NCBI GenBank assembly: GCA_015488885.1
Contig: WFMW01000012.1
Location: 38,354-102,353 of the forward strand
From: Gammaproteobacteria bacterium
Lineage (GTDB): Bacteria > Pseudomonadota > Gammaproteobacteria > SZUA-229
DNA length: 64,000 nt
Reading direction: 5' to 3'
Shown here one piece after another: positions 10,697-21,842 of this stretch. The notes beneath the pieces were generated by a model. That model made no database searches and was not told the origin of the DNA. It saw only the letters and a list, made by a program, of their open reading frames with translations. The translations under genes were made by a program, and so were the position numbers. Each line of letters begins with the position of its first letter. The stretch's first letter is position 1.

Positions 10697-12199
10697 TCAT
10701 GTTGGTGTATGCCAGCCATGCACACAACCCTGTGTCAATCTTTCCATTGCAGCAATATCCCAGGTTCCAGCACGGTAGCGTTCAATGGAGACACGTTCAC
10801 TCCAGGCTTTTAATATGGGTTCAATAATTGCCCATGATTCATTGACTTCATCAGAACGTGAAAACAAGGTACCATCACCCAATAGAACATCATGCATTAA
10901 TACCTCATACGCATTCGCCACTTCATTATTATTGGCATAAGGTGCCCGCATGACCATAACTTCACTATCGGTGGTTGGCCCGGTTTTTTTTGCATTAATG
11001 CGTAATACGATACCACCATCAGGCTGTAATCTGAATACCAGTGCATTTGCCTTGGGAATAGATGTATGTTTATTAAACAGATTAAACGGCGGTTTACGAA
11101 ACCGGATCATGACCTCAGAAACACGTTTGGGTAACCGTTTACCCGAGCACAAAATAAACGGTACCCCCTGCCAGCGCCAGTTATCAATCTGAAAACGTAC
11201 TGCAGCAAAAGTTTCGGTGACTGAATCGGGTGAAACACCTTCTTCAGCCACATAAGACGGGCATTCTTCGCCATCAATCGTGCCTTTTGCATACTGCGCG
11301 GCAACGGTGAGTTTATCGATATCTTCGGGCTTGAATGGTCGTACTGCACGTAATACTTTCATTTTTTCATCACGTACCGCATCAGCAGTAAACTCGACGG
11401 GGGGTTCCATCGCTACCAGTGTCATTACCTGCATAATATGACTTTGTATCATGTCACGCAGGGCACCGGCTTTTTCATAATATTTTGCGCGATATTCAAT
11501 ACCCAGTGTTTCTGAAACAATGATCTGTACATGATCAATATAGTTACGATTCCACAAGGGTTCCATCACCCCGTTTGCAAAACGATAAACCAGCAAATTC
11601 TGCACACTCTCCTTCCCTAGATAATGATCAATCCGATAGATCTGGTTCTCATGAAACTCGGTCTGTAGTGCGTTATTTAATTTTCTTGATGTTTCAAGAT
11701 TCATCCCGAACGGTTTTTCAATGACAATACGCCGGTAACCTTCATCTTCGCTTACCAGATTGGCTTTGCCCAGACCTGCCGCGACCTTGCTGTACCATTG
11801 TGGCGGTATCGCGCAATAGAACATGGCATTTTTTTTGCCGCCTAATACCTGCAAGGATTCCGCTAGCCGAACATAGGTTTCATCATCCGCCAGATCACCC
11901 GGTACCATAATTAATTTTTCGCAAAGGGCATTCCATCTATCCATATCCAGAGTAATTTCATGGGAAAAAGCCTTGAGCGCATCAAACAAAAGCTGTAACC
12001 AGACTTCGCGTGTGCGATTGTTTACCACACCTAATATACGGCTGTCTTTGTGTACCATGCCACAGTCAAGCATACGGATTAAAGCTGGTAACAATTTACG
12101 TTTGGTTAGATCACCGGTGGCACCAAAAATAACAATATTTGTTGGTTCCGCTTTTTCATTACCGAGCATGGGTTTGGCATTTTCTGTTTGCATAGTCAT
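10697..12199 (-). CDS. zwf: Glucose-6-phosphate 1-dehydrogenase
   Basis: 500 aa with GATGDLTKRKLLPAL NADP-binding and RIDHYLGKE active-site motifs. Confidence 0.9.
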   Translation of the reverse strand: MTMQTENAKPMLGNEKAEPTNIVIFGATGDLTKRKLLPALIRMLDCGMVHKDSRILGVVNNRTREVWLQLLFDALKAFSHEITLDMDRWNALCEKLIMVPGDLADDETYVRLAESLQVLGGKKNAMFYCAIPPQWYSKVAAGLGKANLVSEDEGYRRIVIEKPFGMNLETSRKLNNALQTEFHENQIYRIDHYLGKESVQNLLVYRFANGVMEPLWNRNYIDHVQIIVSETLGIEYRAKYYEKAGALRDMIQSHIMQVMTLVAMEPPVEFTADAVRDEKMKVLRAVRPFKPEDIDKLTVAAQYAKGTIDGEECPSYVAEEGVSPDSVTETFAAVRFQIDNWRWQGVPFILCSGKRLPKRVSEVMIRFRKPPFNLFNKHTSIPKANALVFRLQPDGGIVLRINAKKTGPTTDSEVMVMRAPYANNNEVANAYEVLMHDVLLGDGTLFSRSDEVNESWAIIEPILKAWSERVSIERYRAGTWDIAAMERLTQGCVHGWHTPT

Positions 12200-12254
12200 A
12201 TTTTTTGAACACCTATTTTCATCAGGCTGTCAGACAATGGCTGACGGGATGGGT

Positions 12255-14741
12255 TCAGCTTAATTTTTTCAGTTTCCAGATGTCTTTATTGTATTCAGCA
12301 ATGGTTCTGTCTGTTGAAAAATAGCCACTGGCAGCACTATTAAGAATGCTCATCCGTGTCCATGCATCTCTGTCTTTATAAAATTCCGCAACACGTTGTT
12401 GGCAATCAATATAAGATCGGAAATCAGCCAATGTTAACCACGGATCATAAGGATTGCGCAAAGTTGCCAGCACATCATTAAAAATATCCGGTTCAAACAG
12501 GTTAAAGTGACCGCTATCCAGCAGCGCCATCACCGCTTCAAGATCCGGGTCATTATCGATAATATCCTGTGGCATATAATCTTCTTTTGCGGCACTAACT
12601 TCCTCCGCCTTCAGCCCAAACAGAAAGAAGTTCTCTTCACCAACATGCTCAAGGATTTCTATATTTGCACCATCATAGGTACCGATAGTGATGGCACCAT
12701 TCATCATGAATTTCATGTTTCCGGTACCTGATGCTTCTTTTCCGGCTGTTGATATCTGTTCAGACAGGTCGGTGCCCGGACAGATAATCTCCATTGCCGA
12801 GACATTATAGTTAGGGATAAATGCAACTTTTAATTTATCGCCCACATCCGGGTCTTCATTGATAATTTCAGCAACATTATTAATAAGTTTAATAATTAAT
12901 TTTGCCATATGATAACCGGGCGCTGCTTTACCACCAATTAATACGCATCGCGGTGTCCAGTTATCAGTATCACCACGTTTGATCCGGCTGTACAGATGAA
13001 TAACATGCAATATATTCAATAACTGTCGTTTGTATTCATGAATACGTTTAACCTGTACATCAAAGATAGCACTGGTATCAAAATCAACATTGCACCTGCT
13101 TTTAACCAGCTGCGCAAGGCGTTGTTTATTTGCCTGTTTAATGGCCGCCCATTGCTGTTGAAACTTTTTATGCTCCGGTTTTATAAAATCTCGCAGGGCT
13201 TTAATTTTAGATAAATCAGCAGGCCATTCATCACCAATGGTTTGATTAAGCAATTTCCTTAATAACGGGTTGGCATAAGCCAGCCAGCGACGTGGTGTTA
13301 CCCCATTGGTTTTATTATTAAATTTATGCGGCCACAATTCACAAAAGTCTTTAAACAGCCCTTCACATAACAGGCGTGTATGTAATGCCGCAACGCCATT
13401 AACAGAAAAACTGCCAACAATAGCCAGGTAAGCCATGCGTACCTGCTTTTCACTGGACTCTTCAATTAAGGACATTCTGGCCTGACGTGCTGTATCACCC
13501 GGCCATTTTAGCGATACCTGATGTAAAAACATTTCATTTATTTTATAGATAATCTCCATCAACCGGGGTAATAAACGCTGCATTAAAGATACCGACCATT
13601 TTTCCAGTGCTTCGGGCAACAGAGTGTGATTGGTATAAGCCATGGTTTGTGAGGTAATTGCCCAGGCTTCATTCCAGGCTAGATGTTTTTCATCCATCAG
13701 GATACGCATCAATTCCGCTATGGCAATGCTTGGATGCGTGTCATTTAACTGGAAAACATTAAATTTGGCAAATTCGGTATAATCCTCACCATTGGTTTCT
13801 TCCCACAACCGTACCACATCTTTTAAACTTGCCGAGGCCAGAAAATATTGCTGACGCAGACGTAATTCCTTACCGTTCTCGCTGCTGTCATTGGGGTACA
13901 ATACCATGGAAATATGTTCAGCATTATTTTTTGCTTCAACGGCATCTGAATAACTCCCCGCGTTAAACTCAGCCAGATTGAATGCTCTGGTTGCAGAGGC
14001 TTTCCATAGACGCAAGGTATTAATGGTTTTATTCTGATAACCCGAAATCGGCATATCATGAGGAATAGCAATCACATCATTCGTATCCACCCAGCGAACA
14101 CTTTCTATGCCGTTTTCATCTTTGAAATGTTCTGTATGGCCTTCAAAGTGAACCGTCTGTTCGTATTCTGCCCGTGCAACTTCCCAGGGATTACCATCAC
14201 GCAGCCAGTGGTCGGGATCTTCAATCTGATAGCCATTTTCGATATGCTGTAAAAACATGCCGTATTCATAACGAATACCATAGCCGATAACCGGTAACTG
14301 TAATGTTGCACAGCTATCCATAAAACAGGCAGCCAGCCGACCCAGGCCACCATTGCCCAGACCCGCATCCGGTTCTTCCTGTTTCAGATCTTCGAGATCA
14401 ACAGCAAAAACTTTTAAGGCTTCGCTGGTGGGTTTTTCAAGATCAAGATTGAGCAGATTATTCCCCAGCGCGCGGCCAATAAGAAATTCCAGTGACAGGT
14501 AATAGGCTTTACGAGTACGCGGCTGCTTATAGCGCTGCCAGGTATGACTCCATTGTTCCATAATGCGGTCACGAATGGTAAACGCCATAGCCTCATACAG
14601 ATAAAAAGGCACACAACGCAGAAAGTGACCAAGGTGGTTTCTTAAATAACGATAAAAGCCTTCAGATAAGGCATGAGCATCTGATTTTAAAGGGGCAACT
14701 TCGGGGATTACTGTTGTATTGATCCAGTCTTTCTTTTGCAT
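12255..14741 (-). CDS. glgP: Glycogen/maltodextrin phosphorylase
   Basis: 828 aa. GNGGLGRLAACFMDS and the PLP-site region EASGTGNMKFMMNGA are present. Confidence 0.9.
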   Translation of the reverse strand: MQKKDWINTTVIPEVAPLKSDAHALSEGFYRYLRNHLGHFLRCVPFYLYEAMAFTIRDRIMEQWSHTWQRYKQPRTRKAYYLSLEFLIGRALGNNLLNLDLEKPTSEALKVFAVDLEDLKQEEPDAGLGNGGLGRLAACFMDSCATLQLPVIGYGIRYEYGMFLQHIENGYQIEDPDHWLRDGNPWEVARAEYEQTVHFEGHTEHFKDENGIESVRWVDTNDVIAIPHDMPISGYQNKTINTLRLWKASATRAFNLAEFNAGSYSDAVEAKNNAEHISMVLYPNDSSENGKELRLRQQYFLASASLKDVVRLWEETNGEDYTEFAKFNVFQLNDTHPSIAIAELMRILMDEKHLAWNEAWAITSQTMAYTNHTLLPEALEKWSVSLMQRLLPRLMEIIYKINEMFLHQVSLKWPGDTARQARMSLIEESSEKQVRMAYLAIVGSFSVNGVAALHTRLLCEGLFKDFCELWPHKFNNKTNGVTPRRWLAYANPLLRKLLNQTIGDEWPADLSKIKALRDFIKPEHKKFQQQWAAIKQANKQRLAQLVKSRCNVDFDTSAIFDVQVKRIHEYKRQLLNILHVIHLYSRIKRGDTDNWTPRCVLIGGKAAPGYHMAKLIIKLINNVAEIINEDPDVGDKLKVAFIPNYNVSAMEIICPGTDLSEQISTAGKEASGTGNMKFMMNGAITIGTYDGANIEILEHVGEENFFLFGLKAEEVSAAKEDYMPQDIIDNDPDLEAVMALLDSGHFNLFEPDIFNDVLATLRNPYDPWLTLADFRSYIDCQQRVAEFYKDRDAWTRMSILNSAASGYFSTDRTIAEYNKDIWKLKKLS

Positions 14742-14790
14742 GCTTGATATCCAGATTTATTATTGATGAGTCATCGCTGGAAAATAGCTG

Positions 14791-16269
14791 TCATTTTGCC
14801 ACAGAGGCCATGCTTAAGCGATACAGTTTTAAATACTCTGCTGCGCTTCTTTCCCAGCCCAGAGGTGACAGCATAGCGGTATGACATAGTTGTTTCCAGA
14901 CACTGCTTTGCGTGTATAAAACCAGCGCACGTTGTATGGCTTCGCGCAGTGCTTCATCCGTTTCATGATAAAAGACAAAGCCAGTTGCTGTTTTATTTTT
15001 AATGGTATCGATCTGCGCATCGGTGACCGTATCAGCCAGCCCGCCGGTATGATGTACCACGGGTAACGTCCCATAGCGTAAGCTGTACATCTGATTTAGT
15101 CCACAGGGTTCAAACCGGGAAGGCATTAAGAATATATCACAGCCAGCTTCAATTTGATGGGCAAGTTCTTCAGAATAGCCGATATGCACATATAAACGTC
15201 CCGGATAATCTTCAGCCAGCTGCTGTATTTCCGCTTCATAAGCCATATGTCCTGAGCCAAGAATAACCATATTCACATTGCTGGTTTCAAATAAAACCGG
15301 TGCTGTGCGAATAATCATATCAATACCCTTCTGCTCAACCAGGCGACCGATAAAACCCATCAACGGTGCTGTTTTGTCGACCGTTTTATTAAAGCCGGCA
15401 CGGTTGAGTAAAAACTGTTTATTTTTAGCTTTACCGGCAGTACATTGTTTTTTTGCCGAATAATTTTTTGCCAGATAGGTATCGGTTTCGGGATTCCATA
15501 TGGTCAGATCGATGCCGTTTAATATGCCACTTAATTTCGTCCCCAGACTCCGCAGTATCCCTTCATAACGATAACCAAACGCCGGGGTACAGATTTCTTT
15601 AGCATAGGTCGGGCTAACCGTGGTAACCCGATCAGCAAAAACCATCCCGGCTTTTAACATGGACAGACCACCATAAAATTCGACATATTCCACTGACCAC
15701 CAGCTTGCAGGCAAACCCAGATCGATAAAGTTTTGCTGTGAAAAATGGCCATCATAAGCCAGATTATGAATCGTAAAAACAGTTGCCGGACGCGGCTGTT
15801 GAAGACTTAGAAACGCTGGTACCAGACCGGTTTGCCAGTCATGACAATGGATTACGTCCGGCAACCATTTCTTACCCGGCAAACCTCTGGCCATTTCGGC
15901 CACCGCACGACTAAATACGGTAAAACGTTCAGCGTTATCCGGCCAGTCATAACCCTCTTCATGCACATAGGGGTTACCCGGACGATCAAATAATGCCGGA
16001 ACATGAATCAGGTATAGATAGTCGCCCAGCCCATTCTGATGCGCCTGTAATAAAATGACTTTGTGACTGCGCTTCATCCCGGGTATCATCCAGCTACCCA
16101 GCTCAGTGGGTGATTCAACGCCCGCTAACACATCGCGATAAGCCGGTAAGACCAGCCGTACATCGTGACCCAGTTGTTTCAATGCCAGCGGCAGACTATG
16201 CACAACATCACCCAGCCCACCGGTTTTTATAAACGGAAATGCTTCGCTGGCAGCAAGTAATATCTTCAT
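14791..16269 (-). CDS. glgA: Glycogen synthase (ADP-glucose type)
   Basis: N-terminus MKILLAASEAFPFIKTGGLGDV (KTGGL motif) and the GT-B C-domain. Confidence 0.9.
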   Translation of the reverse strand: MKILLAASEAFPFIKTGGLGDVVHSLPLALKQLGHDVRLVLPAYRDVLAGVESPTELGSWMIPGMKRSHKVILLQAHQNGLGDYLYLIHVPALFDRPGNPYVHEEGYDWPDNAERFTVFSRAVAEMARGLPGKKWLPDVIHCHDWQTGLVPAFLSLQQPRPATVFTIHNLAYDGHFSQQNFIDLGLPASWWSVEYVEFYGGLSMLKAGMVFADRVTTVSPTYAKEICTPAFGYRYEGILRSLGTKLSGILNGIDLTIWNPETDTYLAKNYSAKKQCTAGKAKNKQFLLNRAGFNKTVDKTAPLMGFIGRLVEQKGIDMIIRTAPVLFETSNVNMVILGSGHMAYEAEIQQLAEDYPGRLYVHIGYSEELAHQIEAGCDIFLMPSRFEPCGLNQMYSLRYGTLPVVHHTGGLADTVTDAQIDTIKNKTATGFVFYHETDEALREAIQRALVLYTQSSVWKQLCHTAMLSPLGWERSAAEYLKLYRLSMASVAK

Positions 16270-18458
16270 TCTGCTTCCTTAACAAAAAACAGCGCAGTCA
16301 ATGGTGGCAGTGTTAATGATAATGAATAGTCAAAACCATGGTCGGGTTCCGCCCGGGCATCAAGCCCACCTGCATTACCGGTATTACTGCCGCCATACCA
16401 CTGTGCATCAGTATTTAAGGCTTCAATATAATGCCCCGCCTGCGGTACGCCAATGGAATATTGTTTACGTACTACCGGGGTAAAGTTAAATACACAGATT
16501 ATAAAATTATCTTCAAAGCGGCGGATAAATGACAGTACCGAGTTATCTTCATCATCACAACTGATCCACTGGAAACCTTCTGCGGCAAATTCCAGCGCAT
16601 AAAAAGCTGTCTGCTGACAGTAAAAATGATTCAGGTCTTTAATTAAATTGCTTAATCCAGCATGTTTGTCCATACCGGCAACCATCCAGTCTAATGCCTG
16701 CGCTTCATTCCATTCATTCCACTGACCGAATTCCCCTCCCATAAATAACAGTTTTTTACCCGGATGAGCATACTGATAAGCGTATAGCAGGCGTAAATTG
16801 GCAAATTTCTGCCAGACATCGCCGGGCATTTTATCCAGCATACTGCGTTTCATATGGACGACTTCATCATGCGATAATGGCAGAATAAAATTCTCACTGT
16901 AAGCATACAACTGGCTGAAGGTTAACTGATTTTGATGAAACCGCCGGTACACCGGGTCGGTCTGCATATAGGTCAGGGTATCGTGCATCCAGCCCATATT
17001 CCATTTCATGGAAAAGCCCAGCCCACCAGCATCCGTTGGTCTGGATACCATCGGCCAGTCGGTACTTTCTTCTGCCAGGGTGACCACGCCGGGAAATTGC
17101 TGATGGACGATTTCATTTAACTCTTTCAGAAAATCAATCGCTTCCAGGTGCTCCCGACCACCATAAATATTGGGCATCCACTGGCCATGTTCACGAGAAT
17201 AATCCAGATATAACATGGAGGCCACGGCATCCACACGTAACCCGTCAATATGAAATTCTTCTATCCAGTAAACCGCATTCGCCAGTAAAAAATTTCTGAC
17301 TTCATTACGACCATAATTAAATATCAGCGTTCCCCAGTCCTGATGTTCACCTTTCTCCGGCTCACCATATTCATACACGGCTTCACCATTAAATTTAGCC
17401 AGCGCAAACGCATCACGTGGGAAATGGGCAGGCACCCAGTCCAGAATAACGCCAATATTTTGCTGATGGCATGTGTCGATAAAATAACGCAGCTCATCCG
17501 GTGTTCCATGTCTGGAAGTGGGTGCGTAATAACCGGTTACCTGGTAACCCCAGGATTGATCCAGTGGGTGTTCGCTTAAGGGTAGAAATTCAATATGGGT
17601 ATAGCCCATATTTTTTACATAGGGAATTAACTGATCAGCCAGCTCGGTATAACTGAGAAATTCGCCGTTTTCATCACGCCGCCATGAACCCGCATGAACC
17701 TCATATATAGCAACAGGTTGATGTAGCCATTGCCATTGTTGACGTTCATTTAACCAGTTGGTATCCAGCCAGTTATACGCCTGTGGTGACGTAATTTTAC
17801 TGGTAGTTTCAGGGCGCACACCCATAGCCTGTGCGTAGGGATCGGTTTTAATCAGAACATGCCCTTTATTCGTATAAATCTCAAATTTATAGGCTTCATT
17901 TATCGATACACCGGGAATAAATAATTCCCACACCCCGGAATGCCCAAGACTGCGCATGGGATGGCGCAAACCATGCCAGTGATTAAAGTCACCCACCACA
18001 CTAACGCGCCGGACATTAGGCACCCAGACGGTAAACAGACAACCTTCGATATTATCCAGCGTTTTTATGTGTGCGCCAAGGATACGGTAGACATTAAAAT
18101 GCCGACCACTAGCAAACAGATCGAGATCAAACTGACTGGTCTGGGGGAGAAAACTATACGGTGAAACTGTGCAGTGCCTGGTAGCAGGCTGTGTTGCATA
18201 AGCCGTTTTTTCCTGCCAGCATAAAGTATAATGAGCTGGTAGCAGCTGTTTTTGTTCTGCACTGAACTTTATTTCAAAAATATCACTGCCTTCGACACGA
18301 GTCATCGGCCCCAGTTTTTCAACTTCCACAGTTTCAGCGGTGGGCATTAAGGCACGGATAATAAAACCAGGATTATCCTTACCATTGTCCTCATGCATAC
18401 CCAGTGATTCAAATGGATCGTGGTAATTACCCTGTTGTATTTTTTTTAAGATTATCAT
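16266..18458 (-). CDS. glgB: 1,4-alpha-glucan branching enzyme (GH13)
   Basis: 730 aa. GH13 catalytic regions GVILDWVPAHF, GLRVDAVASMLY and EESTDW. 4 nt overlap with the glgA stop. Confidence 0.9.
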   Translation of the reverse strand: MIILKKIQQGNYHDPFESLGMHEDNGKDNPGFIIRALMPTAETVEVEKLGPMTRVEGSDIFEIKFSAEQKQLLPAHYTLCWQEKTAYATQPATRHCTVSPYSFLPQTSQFDLDLFASGRHFNVYRILGAHIKTLDNIEGCLFTVWVPNVRRVSVVGDFNHWHGLRHPMRSLGHSGVWELFIPGVSINEAYKFEIYTNKGHVLIKTDPYAQAMGVRPETTSKITSPQAYNWLDTNWLNERQQWQWLHQPVAIYEVHAGSWRRDENGEFLSYTELADQLIPYVKNMGYTHIEFLPLSEHPLDQSWGYQVTGYYAPTSRHGTPDELRYFIDTCHQQNIGVILDWVPAHFPRDAFALAKFNGEAVYEYGEPEKGEHQDWGTLIFNYGRNEVRNFLLANAVYWIEEFHIDGLRVDAVASMLYLDYSREHGQWMPNIYGGREHLEAIDFLKELNEIVHQQFPGVVTLAEESTDWPMVSRPTDAGGLGFSMKWNMGWMHDTLTYMQTDPVYRRFHQNQLTFSQLYAYSENFILPLSHDEVVHMKRSMLDKMPGDVWQKFANLRLLYAYQYAHPGKKLLFMGGEFGQWNEWNEAQALDWMVAGMDKHAGLSNLIKDLNHFYCQQTAFYALEFAAEGFQWISCDDEDNSVLSFIRRFEDNFIICVFNFTPVVRKQYSIGVPQAGHYIEALNTDAQWYGGSNTGNAGGLDARAEPDHGFDYSLSLTLPPLTALFFVKEAE

Positions 18459-18531
18459 TTGCTATTGTTTCATTCATTAATGGATTTGGCCAGCACTAGC
18501 TCAGGATCACTACCCCAATCAGTTCCGGGCT

Positions 18532-19965
18532 TTATTCCAGGACAGGCTGAGGCTGCTCACGATTCGACTGCATGACCCATTGTTTCATTTGTGTGGACAA
18601 AGCAGCGTTTATCTGTTCCCATTTAAACCTCCAGGTCCAGTTATGATTTTCTGTGCCTGGTATATTCATTCTGGCTGTTGACCCCAGATGCAAACAGTCC
18701 TGCAAAGGGAACACACATAAACTGGCCGCACTGTGCATAGCTGCCTGTATCATGCCATCCACTACCTGATTTCCATAATGGGGCTGATTAGCTGTATTTT
18801 GCAGACGGGGATCGGATAACAAATGTTTATCATAGGTGATACCCAGTTGTTGTAATACTTTTTCTCGCATCGTCGCGTCCATTTTCTGATACCAGCCGAG
18901 AGTGGTATCATTATCGTGCGTGCCGGTATAGACCACGCAATCACTGTGTATATTTTTTATTTTATGCGGATTATCGTCATGTTCATCGAAACCAAACTGT
19001 AATACAGCCATGCCGGGAAGATGAAATTGATGTTTTAGCGCGCGTACTGCATCAGTAATAATACCAAGATCTTCAGCCACCAGAGGTAAATGTCCGGTAA
19101 CACGTCTAACCGTTTCCAGTAAGGCCTTACCGGGAACTTTCTGATAATAACCATCGATGGCAGTTTCTGCCTCAGCAGGAATCATCCATACTGCATCAAG
19201 CCCGATAAAGTGATCGATTCGCACCAGATCAAATAATTCAAAATGATAGTTTAACCGATCTACCCACCAGCTAAAATCTTCTGCCTGCATTAAATCCCAG
19301 TTGTAATGTGGATTACCCCAGCGTTGTCCTGTTGCTGAAAAATAATCAGGAGGTACCCCGGCCACCACTGTCATCATGCCGTTTTCATCCAGCAGATAAT
19401 GTTGCGGGCAGGCCCAGACATCTACACTGTCATGGGCGACAAAGATAGCAATATCACCAAACAGCAAAATATTTTTTGTCGCTGCCAGCGTTTTAATCTG
19501 TTGCCAGCGATTATATAAACAAAATTGCTGCCAGCAGATTTCATCCAGTCGATGCTGGTGCTCAGCACGTACTGTATGTAATACAGATTCGTCACGAAAT
19601 TTATATTTATCCGGCCAGTGATACCATGGAGCCTGCTGAAAACGGCTTTTTAATATTTTAAATAAAGCGTAATCAAACAACCATGACTGATGCTTTTCAC
19701 AGAACGACTGGTAAGCAGATGAATGTTTATCAACAGAGGGATATTCATCAAGCAGAACAGGATTCAGTGCAAAGGCAGACACACATTGATAGGGAGACAG
19801 GTCAATTTGTGGCTCACCTAAAGGCAATACCTGCCAGACACTGAAATCACACTGTTGCAAAAAAGCCAGCCAGCGCTCCACATCACCATCCAGTTTACCA
19901 GAAGGCAGCGAGGTTGGATGTAATAATACACCCGTTCTGCGGATATAAAAATCTTCAGTATGCAT
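18532..19965 (-). CDS. malQ: 4-alpha-glucanotransferase (amylomaltase, GH77)
   Basis: 477 aa with GH77 motifs (VRIDHFIGL, GLPLVAEDLG, YTGTHDNDT). Confidence 0.85.
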   Translation of the reverse strand: MHTEDFYIRRTGVLLHPTSLPSGKLDGDVERWLAFLQQCDFSVWQVLPLGEPQIDLSPYQCVSAFALNPVLLDEYPSVDKHSSAYQSFCEKHQSWLFDYALFKILKSRFQQAPWYHWPDKYKFRDESVLHTVRAEHQHRLDEICWQQFCLYNRWQQIKTLAATKNILLFGDIAIFVAHDSVDVWACPQHYLLDENGMMTVVAGVPPDYFSATGQRWGNPHYNWDLMQAEDFSWWVDRLNYHFELFDLVRIDHFIGLDAVWMIPAEAETAIDGYYQKVPGKALLETVRRVTGHLPLVAEDLGIITDAVRALKHQFHLPGMAVLQFGFDEHDDNPHKIKNIHSDCVVYTGTHDNDTTLGWYQKMDATMREKVLQQLGITYDKHLLSDPRLQNTANQPHYGNQVVDGMIQAAMHSAASLCVFPLQDCLHLGSTARMNIPGTENHNWTWRFKWEQINAALSTQMKQWVMQSNREQPQPVLE

Positions 19966-20020
19966 GGTTTTTAGCGAAAAAGATCAGCGCCCAGGTTGGT
20001 GGATGGCATACTCATATAAT

Positions 20021-21760
20021 TTATATCTGAGTTTCATCATGTCGCCGCATGGTACCCGCATTTTCAGCACTGCCGCCACCGTAAGACACAGGTATCTGCA
20101 ATGTATCGGGTATTGGCAACTGCAAAAACTGATATAAACTTTTTAGCTGTGAGCGAAATAACACATCAAAATCACTGACACTGTCCGAAGAATTATAATC
20201 ACCAAACCACCAGAACCAGTCCGAACCTTCACATATCGCCAGTTGTTTTGTCGCTTTAAACTTTTGTGAGCGGGTTAAGTTGCCCTGTGCAATCACATTG
20301 TCATAAGCCCGTTTTGCTGTTACCAGTAGTTCCCAGGCGTGATTTTTATCTTTCTGGCCAATCCAGGTAGAAAAAGAACCGTAAACCCAGCTGCCGGGAC
20401 AGAGTTTTTCTAATGAATGGCACAGGGTTTGCTGAGTCAGATCTGACAAACGACAACTGTTCACCCTTTCGTGACTGGATAACAGCGTGTAAAGATGATC
20501 GATAAAATAATAGCCATTATGCGGGTAATATTCCCAGGCATTCTCCCCATCAAGAATAATGCTTACCACATGACGCGAGGCGCTGTCGCCCAGGAAATTA
20601 GCAATATTAACCAGATTTTGTACAAGATCTTCAGCCGCTTCAATGGAATCACGTTTTGCATATTCAAAGCCGATTAAATCAGACAGGCCATCATCTCTGA
20701 AAAAAATCTTTGCATTATGCCCCTGTAGCTGATACGAGTGAAACAGGGCACGTTTATTCTGTATTTTCTCTGAATTTTCGCCTGACAATCGGCAACTGTT
20801 CCGCCACACGCCTTCACCCGATGCCGTCCATTCAAAATCAAACTCATCAACCAACGCCATGGTGTCAGCTGAAATAGCCCCTTCCGACAACCAGACACCT
20901 TTTGGACGTAACCCAAAATACTGCTTGAAACATTCGATACCCTGCTGGAAATGCCAGCGTGAACGTTCAACACCACCGGGGTAATTGCCACACCCTGGCC
21001 GCGGCGCACCAGACTGAGAACAGGCCATATTATCGAAATTATTTAATAATGGCACAATAGGATGCCCATAAGGGGTCATGGAGAGCTCTATCTGCCCGCT
21101 TTCAGCCAGTTTTCGATAACGCGGAATAATGCCTGCAACACTTTGATGAATCAGGCTGATTAAATCACGCCGGTCTTTTGCAGTAAAATGACGGGCTTTT
21201 TTCATTAGCCGCTGGGCAACTCTATTCTGTTTTAAGCTATGCCCCAGCCAGGCAAGATGATACCAGACAACCAGATCAATAAAATACTGTTTATCCAGGT
21301 AAGACAGAAAACCGCATTTTGACTCATCATAACCATGGTCACCGAGTAACGGGATAACCGGTTCCAGTAAATGCTTATAGGCTGGATACGGATTAATCAT
21401 TTTTTCCGCATTCGCCCGTCGGCAAATAGTAATCAGCAAATAACGCTCATCAATATCTGCGGGTACTGTCTTCGCACCCGATAGATAATTCAGTAACGGA
21501 CAATCCAGAGGCTTTTTTTCAGCCAGCCATGCCCCCAGCTGAGTAGCAAAATCATCCAGTTGTTCAAGTAATACAGGTGCAAAATTCACCACCACATGCA
21601 TTTTCGGGTGCGCTTCAAGGTGCGTAACCATGTCATCATAATCCTTGATAGCATGAAGATACACCCAGGGTAATTGATAACCTCCATCAAGCCCATGTTT
21701 ATACCAGGGTTGATGCATGTGCCAGCACAGGGCGAAATTGACTTTTGACTTTTCAGGCAT
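20021..21760 (-). CDS. Glycoside hydrolase family 57 protein (alpha-glucan branching or amylase-type)
   Basis: N-terminal GH57 signature FALCWHMHQPWY and the EGAISADT-like catalytic region. Located between malQ and glgC. Confidence 0.75.
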   Translation of the reverse strand: MPEKSKVNFALCWHMHQPWYKHGLDGGYQLPWVYLHAIKDYDDMVTHLEAHPKMHVVVNFAPVLLEQLDDFATQLGAWLAEKKPLDCPLLNYLSGAKTVPADIDERYLLITICRRANAEKMINPYPAYKHLLEPVIPLLGDHGYDESKCGFLSYLDKQYFIDLVVWYHLAWLGHSLKQNRVAQRLMKKARHFTAKDRRDLISLIHQSVAGIIPRYRKLAESGQIELSMTPYGHPIVPLLNNFDNMACSQSGAPRPGCGNYPGGVERSRWHFQQGIECFKQYFGLRPKGVWLSEGAISADTMALVDEFDFEWTASGEGVWRNSCRLSGENSEKIQNKRALFHSYQLQGHNAKIFFRDDGLSDLIGFEYAKRDSIEAAEDLVQNLVNIANFLGDSASRHVVSIILDGENAWEYYPHNGYYFIDHLYTLLSSHERVNSCRLSDLTQQTLCHSLEKLCPGSWVYGSFSTWIGQKDKNHAWELLVTAKRAYDNVIAQGNLTRSQKFKATKQLAICEGSDWFWWFGDYNSSDSVSDFDVLFRSQLKSLYQFLQLPIPDTLQIPVSYGGGSAENAGTMRRHDETQI

Positions 21761-21842
21761 AAATAGTATTTTAGTCGTTATTTCAGTATGTTATTTATTA
21801 GTGACAATGGATATAAAGCAGGTTATGTACGTACCATTAAAA

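Noticed and set aside
10693-10725. ORF-track N-terminal extension of pgl (start 10725)
   Set aside because: It would overlap the zwf stop. The internal MKALQNF start at 10692, 4 nt after the zwf stop, fits better. Other extensions (pgi to 40567, ppc from 40658, hisD to 47516, kdsC from 60133, lptA from 61237) were trimmed for the same reason.
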